From Armatimonadota bacterium (GTDB lineage Bacteria; Armatimonadota; Zipacnadia; Zipacnadales; UBA5352), in the NCBI GenBank assembly GCA_034722055.1, contig JAYENL010000262.1:1-32582 (forward strand): a stretch of 32,582 nt of DNA, written 5' to 3'. Positions 17,666-26,003 of this stretch are shown in pieces. The notes beneath the pieces are model-generated. The model had not been told where the DNA came from. It saw only the letters and a program-made list of their open reading frames with translations, and did not search any database. The position numbers and the translations under genes are program-made. How positions within the stretch are numbered: the first letter of the stretch is position 1; every line of letters begins with the position of its first letter.

Positions 17666-20467
17666 GTGTTGCGCGTGATGCTTATCATTGTCCTCTTCGC
17701 AATCGTTGGCGCGGCGGCGTCCGGCGCCGACCAGGAGATGACTCTCGACGACTTCGAGTACGATTCCGAGGAGGCTGCGCGGGAGGCGTGGGTCCCTGAC
17801 GAGGACTCGATACCCGTCAGCCTCATGGAGCACAACGGGGGGACAGCGCTGCAGATGAACGCGGACTTTACGGTCGAGGCGTCGAGGCGCGCCGTCTACG
17901 ACCACGAGGTGCAGCTCGACCTCAGCCAGTGGGGCCGGTTCACGATGGACATGTACGTGGACGACCCCGGCCTGTTCAGCAGCTTCACCATCTACTTCCG
18001 CTCCGGCGACGGGTGGTATGGGGCGGGCCTGCAGATGCCCCGAAAGGGCTGGGGTACAGTCAGCTTCTCCCGCTCCGAGTTCCGAGTCGAGGACGACCCG
18101 GCCGGCTGGGATCAGATCGACGGTATCCGGCTTTCTGCCTGGCGTGGAGCGCCGCGGACCGGCTTCTGTGCCGTGGACAATCTGGTGGCCCACCGCGAGA
18201 GCCGCGTCATCGTGATGGGCACGCACACCATCGAGCAGGAGGGCGGTGAGGCGCGCGCCGTGCAACAGGCCGCCGAGACCGTCTCCAACATCCTCGCCGA
18301 CGCCGGCGTGCTGACCTCGACCATCGGCGACGAGGACGTCGAGGCCGGGGCTCTGGAGAACTACGAGTTCGCCATCTTCCCCTACAACCCCGACATGAGC
18401 GAGGCCGAGGTGGCGGCCATCGCCGAGTACGTGGCCGGCGGCGGACACATCATGGCCTTCTACTCCCTCCCCGAAGGACTTGGCGAGGTCCTGGGCATCC
18501 AGCAGACGGGCTGGACCCAGCGGGAGTACGAGGGGCAGTTCAGCGAGATCCGCTTCGAGGAGCCCGGAGAGTTCGTCGGACTGCCCGAGGCGGTGGAGCA
18601 GGACTCCTGGAACGTCACTATCGTCGAGCCCATCGAGGGCCAGGGGCGCGTGCTGGGCTGGTGGTATGACGACGCGGGCGAGAACACCGGCATCCCGGCC
18701 TTCACGGCCTCGGACGCCGGGCTGTTCATGTCCCACATCCTGCTCTCGAGCGACCGCCAGGACAAGCAGCGGATGATGGTGTCCATGCTCGGCCGCTACC
18801 TGCCCGAGATCTGGCCGGAGGTCGCCGAGGCGTCGCTTGAGGCCCCCGACCAGGTGGGACACATCCTGGGCATGGATGAGGCAATTGCGTGGATCGAGAA
18901 TGGCGCCGACCGGGCCCCCCACCCGGCGGAGGTCCGCGCCGCGCTCGGGCGGCACCGGGATCAGCTCGCCCGCGCGCGAGAGCACCTTGAGGCTGGGGAG
19001 TACCCGGAGACGGTGGACGTGGCCACCGAGGCCTGGGAGGCCCTCGGCGAGGCCTACGGGCTGGCCCACACTCCCAGGGACGCCGAGTTCCGCGCCTGGT
19101 GGAATCACTCCGGCACCGGCGCCCATGACTCCTGGGAGGAGTCCATGCAGAACCTCAGCGAGGGCGGCTTCAACGCCATCGTGCCCAACATGTGGTGGGG
19201 CGGCGTGGCGCTGTATGACAGCGAGTACCTCCCACACCACCCCGTGGTGGCCGAGCGCGGCGACCAGATCGTGGAGTGCCTGGAGGCCGCGAAGCGCTAC
19301 GGGATCGAGGTGCATCCCTGGAAGGTGAACTGGAACCTCGGCAGCGCGGCTCCGGACTGGTTCGTCGAGCAGCTTCGCGAGGAGGGCCGGCTGCAGCAGT
19401 CCTTCGACGGCGAGGAGATCAGGTGGCTGTGCCCCAGCGATGAGCGGAACTTCGAGCTGGAGCTCAACACCATGCTGGAGGTGGCGCTGAACTACGACGT
19501 GGACGGCGTGCACTTTGATTACATCCGCTACCCCGGCCCCCAGGGCTGCTTCTGCGAGCGCTGCCACCGGAAGTTCGAGGCCGCGACGGGGCTGGAGGTG
19601 GAGAACTGGCCGGAGGACACGCGGGAGAATGAGGAGGTGCGCGAGGCCTGGGTGCAGTGGCGCTGCGACAACATCTCCCGGCTGGTGGAGGCCACCGCTG
19701 AGGGGGTGCGAGCCGTCAAGCCCGACTGCAAGATCTCCGCGGCCGTCTTCAGCAGCTACCCGAACTGCCGCGAGAGCATCGGGCAGGACTGGGCCTACTG
19801 GATCGAGCAGGGCTGGCTGGACTTCGTCTGCCCCATGGACTACACCACCTCCGACGCCACCTTCGCCGCCAGAGTCGCCAGCCAGATGCAGCACGTGGCG
19901 GGCCGCGTGCCCCTCTACCCCGGCATCGGCGCATGGCGGCTGGATGGACCCGACCGGGTGGCGGGCCAGGCCGAGATCGCCCGCAACCTCGGCGCCGACG
20001 GCTTCATCCTCTTCAACTACGGCGGCGACCTGCCCGAGACCGTCGCGCCGGTGATGGGCCGCGCCATGCTGGCCGAGCCGGCGGTCCACCCGCACAACGC
20101 CCCCGCCTATCGCTTCGAGCTGACCGGCGAGCTCACTCGCCAGCGCACGTGGGGCCTGCACGTGGATGAGGGCGCCACCGTCAGCGCCACCGTCCGCCGT
20201 GGCGAGGCCATCGCGGGCCGGGACTTCGGCGAGGTCGAGGGCCACGTGCTGCTCCAGGACGTGGACGGCCGCACCGTCGAGCAGCTCGGTGTGGCTCCCG
20301 CCAACGGCGAGCCGGTGCAGGTGAGCTTCAGCGCGGACTCAGGCCTGCATCGGATTGCCGTTGAGGGCACCTGCACAGCCGCTGACGGCACCCGGCAGCG
20401 GTTCGTCACTCGCAGCGTCCCCATCGTCTTCGGGGAGCTGTCGGAGGACATCCGGCCGCTTCTGTGA
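17666..20467 (+). CDS. Secreted glycosyl hydrolase-like 10 (GHL10/DUF187, YddW-like) protein with N-terminal CBM-like and GATase1/trimerisation-like domains
   Basis: GTG 17666 after AGGAGG, with signal peptide MLRVMLIIVLFAIVGAAASGA. FRAWW, GFNAIVPNMWWGGVALYDS, GIEVHPW, WLCPS, NYDVDGVHFDYIRYP, ISAAVF, GQDWAYWIEQGWLDFVCPMDY. Confidence 0.88.
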   Translation: MLRVMLIIVLFAIVGAAASGADQEMTLDDFEYDSEEAAREAWVPDEDSIPVSLMEHNGGTALQMNADFTVEASRRAVYDHEVQLDLSQWGRFTMDMYVDDPGLFSSFTIYFRSGDGWYGAGLQMPRKGWGTVSFSRSEFRVEDDPAGWDQIDGIRLSAWRGAPRTGFCAVDNLVAHRESRVIVMGTHTIEQEGGEARAVQQAAETVSNILADAGVLTSTIGDEDVEAGALENYEFAIFPYNPDMSEAEVAAIAEYVAGGGHIMAFYSLPEGLGEVLGIQQTGWTQREYEGQFSEIRFEEPGEFVGLPEAVEQDSWNVTIVEPIEGQGRVLGWWYDDAGENTGIPAFTASDAGLFMSHILLSSDRQDKQRMMVSMLGRYLPEIWPEVAEASLEAPDQVGHILGMDEAIAWIENGADRAPHPAEVRAALGRHRDQLARAREHLEAGEYPETVDVATEAWEALGEAYGLAHTPRDAEFRAWWNHSGTGAHDSWEESMQNLSEGGFNAIVPNMWWGGVALYDSEYLPHHPVVAERGDQIVECLEAAKRYGIEVHPWKVNWNLGSAAPDWFVEQLREEGRLQQSFDGEEIRWLCPSDERNFELELNTMLEVALNYDVDGVHFDYIRYPGPQGCFCERCHRKFEAATGLEVENWPEDTRENEEVREAWVQWRCDNISRLVEATAEGVRAVKPDCKISAAVFSSYPNCRESIGQDWAYWIEQGWLDFVCPMDYTTSDATFAARVASQMQHVAGRVPLYPGIGAWRLDGPDRVAGQAEIARNLGADGFILFNYGGDLPETVAPVMGRAMLAEPAVHPHNAPAYRFELTGELTRQRTWGLHVDEGATVSATVRRGEAIAGRDFGEVEGHVLLQDVDGRTVEQLGVAPANGEPVQVSFSADSGLHRIAVEGTCTAADGTRQRFVTRSVPIVFGELSEDIRPLL

Positions 20468-20661
20468 TCGGCGGCGTGCGGGTCCTGCGGCGTGGCAGGG
20501 AAGACGTACGGATAGGGGAATGCAGCCATGCCGATGTGGGGAAACGCGAAGGCGCATTTCCGGGATTCACCGGATTGCTACAGGTTGCGAGGCCTGCTAT
20601 CGTTCCAGTGCAGCCGCGCGGCGAGCGCGGCTGTCACACACTTCCCGCACTCAACGCGGGC

Positions 20662-20695
20662 GACGCGTCCGGGGCTCCCCATCCCCGGACGCGTC
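20662..20695. terminator. Perfect 13-bp stem-loop between convergent genes; possible terminator or processing site
   Basis: gacgcgtccgggg-ctccccat-ccccggacgcgtc. There is no U-tract, so intrinsic termination is uncertain. Confidence 0.4.
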
Positions 20696-20777
20696 TGATT
20701 CCGGCCGGCGGCGCGCCGGCCCGCCACAGCCCCCCAGATTCGGACCTCGCCGAGCCCCATGCTCTGGCTCTCCTTGC

Positions 20778-20858
20778 TCACCACCGGGCACAGACGCCCT
20801 CCTCGGCGAGCAGCAGCGCGGCGGTCATGGCAGCAAGCGCGAGCGCGAAGCGACGCAT
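20778..20858 (-). pseudogene. Signal-peptide-only ORF (26 aa), probable 5' remnant of a secreted-protein gene
   Basis: GAGGAG RBS then MRRFALALAAMTAALLLAEEGVCARW-stop, 32 nt downstream of the amidohydrolase stop and on the same strand. Confidence 0.55.
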
Positions 20859-20890
20859 TCTCAGTCTCCTCACCATCGGGCGCGTCAGCG

Positions 20891-22483
20891 TTAGCGGTAC
20901 CCCCACTCAGACAGCACCTTCCGCAGGTTCCCGCCCAGGATCATGCGCTTCTCGGCCTCAGGGATGCGGGCGTGGAAGATCGGCCCCAGCCCCCAGCCGA
21001 TGGGGAGGTCCGTGAGGTCGGAGCCGAAGAGCAGTCGCTCCGCGCCGTAGATCTCCACGAATCGCTCGCACTTGCCCCACTCCAGGAAGGGGCAGGTGCA
21101 GATGTAGAGGTTCTCGACCTCGCGCGTCACCTCACCGTAGCTGGGCATGGCGTGGCCGGTGATGAAGCAGGCCCTCGGGTAGCTCGTGCACAGGCGCCGC
21201 ATCTGCTCCGGCGAGCCCCAGTCATGGTTCAGGATCAGCAGCCCGTGCTCGTCCGCGAACTCGCAGGCCACGTCGATCAGCGGTCCCTCGGGCCGGTAGC
21301 CCTGGTAGTGCGGGATGAGCTTGATCCCCCGCAGGCCCATCTGGTGGCCGCGCTGCAGCTCCTCGCGCATCATCCGCTCCCCGTGGTTCGGCGTCACCAG
21401 CGTGAAGCCGATGAAGCGGTCCGGGAAGCGCCGCACGGCGTCGGCGACGAGGTCGTTGCAGTAGGTCTCGTCCCCCAGGATCCCCTCAAGGCCGAAGACC
21501 AGGCACAGCTCCACGCCGTGCCGGTCCATCTCATCTATCATGCCTTCTACGCTGTCGTGGACCACGTGCATGGGGCCGGCACCGCCGAGGTGTCCGTGGC
21601 AGTCGAGAAAGCGCTGGCCGGAGAGGTCGGCTCGCTCGCGGGCCATGCGGTGCAGCCCATCGATGGGCTCGGGGAGCTGCACCTGCTCGGCCACCGACGC
21701 GACGTTCTCGTTCCAGGCCAGCAGCTCCCGCAGATTCCCGCCGGCGATGCGGGCCAGGTCCTCCTCCGGCACATCCGAGCAGGCCACCTGCATCATGACC
21801 GCCCCCGGGTCGCGGAAGGGCAGGCCCGTCCCGAACAGCAGCCGCTGCGCGCCCCAGCGCTTGCATACGAACTCGATCATCCCGTGCCGCCACAGCGCCG
21901 AGACGTCCAGGCGGAGGTTCGGGCAGGCCTCAAGCGCCGCGTAGGCGGTGCGCTGGGTGGTGAAGATGCGGCTTTCGCTGACCACCACGGGCAGGTCCGG
22001 GAAGTCCCGACAGATGCGCACCACCGCGTCCCAATCGGTCTGGTCCGCCGTCGCCGGCTGGCGCCAGTGATTCGGGTTCAGGAACAGCGGCACGCCGGCG
22101 CCCTCAAGCTCCTCCAGCAGCCCGTCGATGGCCCAGCTCTCCAGGCGCACATCCATGAACCCGTAGTGCAGGAAGAGCGCCCCGATACCCTCGGTTCGCA
22201 TCCGCCCCACCAGCTCCGCCGGGGGCGGAAGCTCCTCGCTGTGCGGCATCAGCCCCGCCCAGGCCGGGTGCAGCCGCGGATGCTGCTGCGTCCGCTTCAG
22301 GACACGCTCGTTGCCGGCCGCCGGGTTGGCCTCCCGCGCCACGGCGTCCACCACCAGGGCCTCGTGGATGCCGAAGTGGTTCATTGCGGCCAGGATGTCG
22401 TCGGCGGTCTCCGGCTGACCCTCGGCGGTGCGCACCGAGCGGCCCAGCAGGCAGTTGGCATCGAACCAGTGCAGCTCAGACAT
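20891..22483 (-). CDS. Amidohydrolase-family protein with two tandem TIM-barrel domains (530 aa)
   Basis: ATG 22483 overlaps the upstream stop. Domain 1: WFDANCLLG...GAQRLLFGTGLP...IAGGNLRELL. Domain 2: FLDCHGHLG...GIKLIPHYQ...LNHD...TGH...GAERLLFGSD...ILGGNLRKVL. Confidence 0.88.
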   Translation of the reverse strand: MSELHWFDANCLLGRSVRTAEGQPETADDILAAMNHFGIHEALVVDAVAREANPAAGNERVLKRTQQHPRLHPAWAGLMPHSEELPPPAELVGRMRTEGIGALFLHYGFMDVRLESWAIDGLLEELEGAGVPLFLNPNHWRQPATADQTDWDAVVRICRDFPDLPVVVSESRIFTTQRTAYAALEACPNLRLDVSALWRHGMIEFVCKRWGAQRLLFGTGLPFRDPGAVMMQVACSDVPEEDLARIAGGNLRELLAWNENVASVAEQVQLPEPIDGLHRMARERADLSGQRFLDCHGHLGGAGPMHVVHDSVEGMIDEMDRHGVELCLVFGLEGILGDETYCNDLVADAVRRFPDRFIGFTLVTPNHGERMMREELQRGHQMGLRGIKLIPHYQGYRPEGPLIDVACEFADEHGLLILNHDWGSPEQMRRLCTSYPRACFITGHAMPSYGEVTREVENLYICTCPFLEWGKCERFVEIYGAERLLFGSDLTDLPIGWGLGPIFHARIPEAEKRMILGGNLRKVLSEWGYR

Positions 22484-23864
22484 CGGGGGCCTCCGCGCGG
22501 TAGAAGTAGACAGATTCGACGGCCGGTCGCAGCAGCTCATCCAGCTCCGCCACGACCTCCGGGTGGTCGTCGGACACATCCGTCAGCTCATCGGGATCCA
22601 CGGCGGTCTCGTAGAGCTCGACCTCGGCCTCATCCTCATAGAGCCGAGCGATGACCTCCCACAGGCGCGAGAGCTTCAGGCCCTCCGTGGGGTAGTCCCC
22701 GCCCAGCGACGCCCGCCTGCGCAGCCGCCAGCGATCGGTGCGCACCGCCACCTCGATGCTCTTCCAGAGGCCGTCGCGGTCGAGGAGGTACATGCCGCTG
22801 GAGACCACGTGGTCGCGATGCGTCGAGGTGCACCGCTCGATGATCGGCAGGAGGCTCCGGCCGTGCATGGGCGCCTCGGCCTCGACCTCGAACAGGTCCA
22901 GGATCGTCGCCGCGATGTCGGTGTGCGTGGCGAGCGAATCCACCACCGGGCGCTCGATCGTCAGCCCGCCCGGTGGCTTGAGGATCAGCGGCACGCGGGT
23001 GCAGGCATCGAGGGCCTCCACGTGGCAGAAGTGGGTGAGGTGGTCGGCCATGGTCTCACCGTGGTCGGCGGTGACGATAACGCAGGTGTCCTCCCAGCGC
23101 CCCATGCGCGTGAGCGTATCGAAGACCGCGCCGAGGTGGTCGTCCAGGTAGCGGATCTCGCCGTCGTAGGCGTCGATCATCCCGCGGGCGTCCTGGATAC
23201 GCGGCGGCTGGGCGTCGCGCATCTCCCCGTCCGCCCACCTCGAGCCTTCCAGCGCCTCGAGTGTCCCCCATGTCGGGATGTGCTCTCGGCCGTCGGGCGT
23301 GCTGCGAAGCTGCCGCGAGCCATCGTCCTCGAAGGGGCGCAGCAGCTCATCGGGCTGGTTGTAGGGCCGGTGCGGGTCCCAGTAGTGCGCCCACAGCAGG
23401 AACGGCTCCGGGAGGCGCTCGATCACCGGGAGCAGCACCTCGTTCATGCGCTCGGCGACCAGTTGCGTCACGAAGCTCTCCGGGTTGGGGTTGATGTACT
23501 CCGCGAAGCCCCGCACGAACCACGATGGGTGGCAGGCGAACTGCATGAGGTTATCGACCGCCACCGTGTGGACGCCGGCCTTCGCCAGCATCTCCGCCAG
23601 CACCGGCGTCTCGTCGCTCAGCCGCCCGCTGGGCGTGTCCGGCACGCAGTGCAGCGTGGCCACCACACCGGTCTCGAAGGGCGTCAGGCCGGTCATCATG
23701 CTGGTGAAGGAGGGCAGCGTATGGGCGCACTGGCCGATGAAGCGCTCGAAGCGCACCCCGTCGGCCGCCAGGTGCCCAAGATTGGGCGCCGTCCGCCGCC
23801 AATAGCCGTAGGGGCTGAGGTGGTCGGCCCGCAGCGTGTCCACGGTGATCAGCACCACGTTCAT
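22476..23864 (-). CDS. Sulfatase-like hydrolase/transferase (alkaline phosphatase superfamily), 462 aa
   Basis: ATG 23864 after GAGGTG. MNVVLITVDTLRADHL, HTLPSFTSMMTG, FLLWAHYWDPHRPY, YDGEIRYLDDHLG, IVTADHGE, RVPLILKPP, ELYETAVDPDE. Confidence 0.9.
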   Translation of the reverse strand: MNVVLITVDTLRADHLSPYGYWRRTAPNLGHLAADGVRFERFIGQCAHTLPSFTSMMTGLTPFETGVVATLHCVPDTPSGRLSDETPVLAEMLAKAGVHTVAVDNLMQFACHPSWFVRGFAEYINPNPESFVTQLVAERMNEVLLPVIERLPEPFLLWAHYWDPHRPYNQPDELLRPFEDDGSRQLRSTPDGREHIPTWGTLEALEGSRWADGEMRDAQPPRIQDARGMIDAYDGEIRYLDDHLGAVFDTLTRMGRWEDTCVIVTADHGETMADHLTHFCHVEALDACTRVPLILKPPGGLTIERPVVDSLATHTDIAATILDLFEVEAEAPMHGRSLLPIIERCTSTHRDHVVSSGMYLLDRDGLWKSIEVAVRTDRWRLRRRASLGGDYPTEGLKLSRLWEVIARLYEDEAEVELYETAVDPDELTDVSDDHPEVVAELDELLRPAVESVYFYRAEAPDV

Positions 23865-23888
23865 GTCAGCACCTCGTGAGGTCAGCGT

Positions 23889-24218
23889 CGCAAACGACCG
23901 CAGGCTGGAAGCCCGCGCCACGGAGAGGGCGCGAACGACCGTGGTGGGCCGACCTCGGGCGACTACTTCGCAGCCGCACCTCGTGCGGCCCCTCCAACGA
24001 CGCAAATCACCCCAGGCTGGAAGCCTGCGCCACGGAGACGGCGCCAACGACCGTGGTGGGCCGACCTCGCGCCGTTGGCGCTCGTGCGGCCCCTCCAACG
24101 ACGCAAACGGCCGCAGCCTGGGAGCCTGCGCCACGCGTCAGCGCTCGTCTCCGCGCGGCCATTGCCCGTCGCCGTCCGTGCCGTTGCCGTACGGAGCGGC
24201 GGCGTGCCTACGCCGCCG
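23889..24218. repeat. Tandem REP-like mosaic (BIME-like): about 2.3 units with periods of 112 and 101 bp, plus a single GGAG hairpin
   Basis: Units start at 23889, 24001 and 24102 (cgcaaa...cagGctggaagcc(c/t)gcgccacg...aacgaccgtggtgggccgacctcg-[insert]-ctcgtgcggcccctccaacga). Minus-strand GTGG-CGC(A/G)GGC-TTCCA-GCCTG hairpins. A further copy GGAG-CGGCGGCG-TGCCTA-CGCCGCCG lies at 24193-24218. Confidence 0.85.
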
Positions 24219-24254
24219 GCCGTTATGCCGTATGACGTTCCCGTCGGGAGGACC

Positions 24255-26000
24255 TCAACTTCGGTCCGGCCTCACCGCGCCTCCCCGGCAGAACTGGTCC
24301 CTGCAGGCCGCCGCGATGCCCGTGCCGAGGACCTCGAAGCTCTCCATGTCGAAGGCCCGCGTGCGGCCCTGATGCGGGTCGAAGTAGCTGCAGGAGCTCA
24401 TCTCCAGGCAGAAGGCCACGCACCCGCACCTCTGGTGCAGGTAGTCCGTGGCACGCAGCCGCTGCTGGGCCAGCGGGCGTCCATCAGCGCGACGGAGGCC
24501 CGCGTGGCGCTCCAGCAGATCGCGCCAGCGCTCCTGCTCCCGCTCAAGCCCCTCGCCCACGGTCGCGCCGTCGCCCTCGGCCATGTGCATGAGCACGTGG
24601 TTGCGGAAGACCCCGCCCGCGTGCATGTCGATGCCCAGGTCGATCCGCTGTCCCGCCGCGCGCAACTCCTCGAGCATCTCGATGACCGCCGCGTTCTCGG
24701 GCTGGCTCTGCTCAAACCAGTGCCGATTGAGGTTCCGCTGGCTCGCGTTCAGCCCGTTGCCGCCGAAGTGCGCGCAATCCACGTTCACGGTGGGCACGAG
24801 GTAGAACGTGCAGGCGGCCAGCAGCTCCTCATCGCCCAGCACCGCCTCCATGAGTGGCCGGAGCGTCCGGCCTGTCATGATCTCCAGCGGCGAGTGCTGG
24901 CCGCACAGGATGACCACGCCGCGCGGCGCGTCGCCATCAGGCCGCGCCCCCACGCGGATGATATGCAGCGGTCGATCCTGCACCGACCGCCCGATCTCCC
25001 GCACGGTAGTGTGCGGCTGCTCACGCGCCCACGCCAGGAGCCCTTCGCGCTCCGGGTCGCCGAACGGCGGGCCGCTGGCCAGCCACTTACCGATCAGCTC
25101 GGATGCGTCGAACTCCACCGCGAAGTCCGCGCCGCCCGGGCCCATGGAGAGACGGCGGGGCACTACCCGTCGCCACCGCTGGCGGTCGGGGCTGGCAAAG
25201 AAGGTGGGTGTCATGTTCGCCCCGCCGCGCCAGGTGGTGCGCACGATCAGGCGGCGCGGAGCGGGCTCGGCGTCGGTCACGCGCAGCAACACCCAGTAGG
25301 AGCTGGTGCGGGTGAACTCCGGGCGCGTGAAGACCTCGACGGTCTGCTCGTCGATCCATCGCGGCTCGAAGCTGCTGCCGCCCAGCACCAGGGGGAGCAG
25401 ATCGTCTGCAGGCTGGATGCCGCCGGCGAGGATCTCGTGAGCTGTCGCGCAGTTGTACGCCTCAAGCTCGCCGGCCATGCCGACGCGCAGCACCTCCGGG
25501 ACCGGCGGCAGCTCCGGGCACAGCCAGCCGTCCTCGGCGCCCAGCGCCATCAGCGGCCCCTCAGCCGACCGCGACGCCAGCAGCCTCAGCCGCGAGTAGC
25601 CAGCGGCCTCGGCGGCGTAGTCGGTCTCTCGCAGCATCCAGGCGTAGTTGGCGACCGCCAGGCCCAGCCGGACCGCGCCCGGGCCGTCCACCGCGGCGTG
25701 AACGGGCACCTCCGAGTCCGTCGCGGGCGCATCGGGATGCTCGGCCTCGAAGCGCAGATAGCCGTGCTCGGTCAGCAGCAGCCGCCACGCTTCGGCGCCT
25801 CCGCGTATCGCCGCCAGCAGCACGCGCGGCCCGTCGGCGAAGAGCGCATCCTCCGCCAGCTCCAGCGTCACCCAGCCGCACAGCTCAGGGTAGTAGGCCT
25901 CGCGCAGTCGGACGCTGTGCGAGGGATCGCCGACCTGCTCGGAGGCCAGCCGCAGGTCGTCGATGCCACGGATGTCACGAAACGGGCGATACTGGTTCAT
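24255..26000 (-). CDS. M14-family zinc carboxypeptidase-like protein with an uncharacterised N-terminal half
   Basis: REIGRSVQDRPLHII, CGQHSPLE, FYLVPTVNVD, NLNRHW, IDMHAG and C-terminal FCLEM (catalytic Glu position). No signal peptide. Confidence 0.8.
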   Translation of the reverse strand: MNQYRPFRDIRGIDDLRLASEQVGDPSHSVRLREAYYPELCGWVTLELAEDALFADGPRVLLAAIRGGAEAWRLLLTEHGYLRFEAEHPDAPATDSEVPVHAAVDGPGAVRLGLAVANYAWMLRETDYAAEAAGYSRLRLLASRSAEGPLMALGAEDGWLCPELPPVPEVLRVGMAGELEAYNCATAHEILAGGIQPADDLLPLVLGGSSFEPRWIDEQTVEVFTRPEFTRTSSYWVLLRVTDAEPAPRRLIVRTTWRGGANMTPTFFASPDRQRWRRVVPRRLSMGPGGADFAVEFDASELIGKWLASGPPFGDPEREGLLAWAREQPHTTVREIGRSVQDRPLHIIRVGARPDGDAPRGVVILCGQHSPLEIMTGRTLRPLMEAVLGDEELLAACTFYLVPTVNVDCAHFGGNGLNASQRNLNRHWFEQSQPENAAVIEMLEELRAAGQRIDLGIDMHAGGVFRNHVLMHMAEGDGATVGEGLEREQERWRDLLERHAGLRRADGRPLAQQRLRATDYLHQRCGCVAFCLEMSSCSYFDPHQGRTRAFDMESFEVLGTGIAAACRDQFCRGGAVRPDRS

Positions 26001-26003
26001 GGC

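Noticed and set aside
17552..20245. 897-aa minus-strand ORF; likewise 31348-32526 and 30543-31376
   Set aside because: They are antisense to the GHL10, LamG and HEAT genes, which carry clear motifs and signal peptides.
20578..20784. 68-aa minus-strand ORF as a frameshifted continuation of the signal-peptide ORF
   Set aside because: It has Arg/Gly/Ala-rich non-protein-like composition and runs through hairpin DNA, with no motif support.
23889..24134. CRISPR array
   Set aside because: Only about 2.3 units, constant parts of about 90 bp, variable parts of 22 and 11 nt that are themselves hairpins, and no cas genes. It fits REP/BIME-type mosaics.
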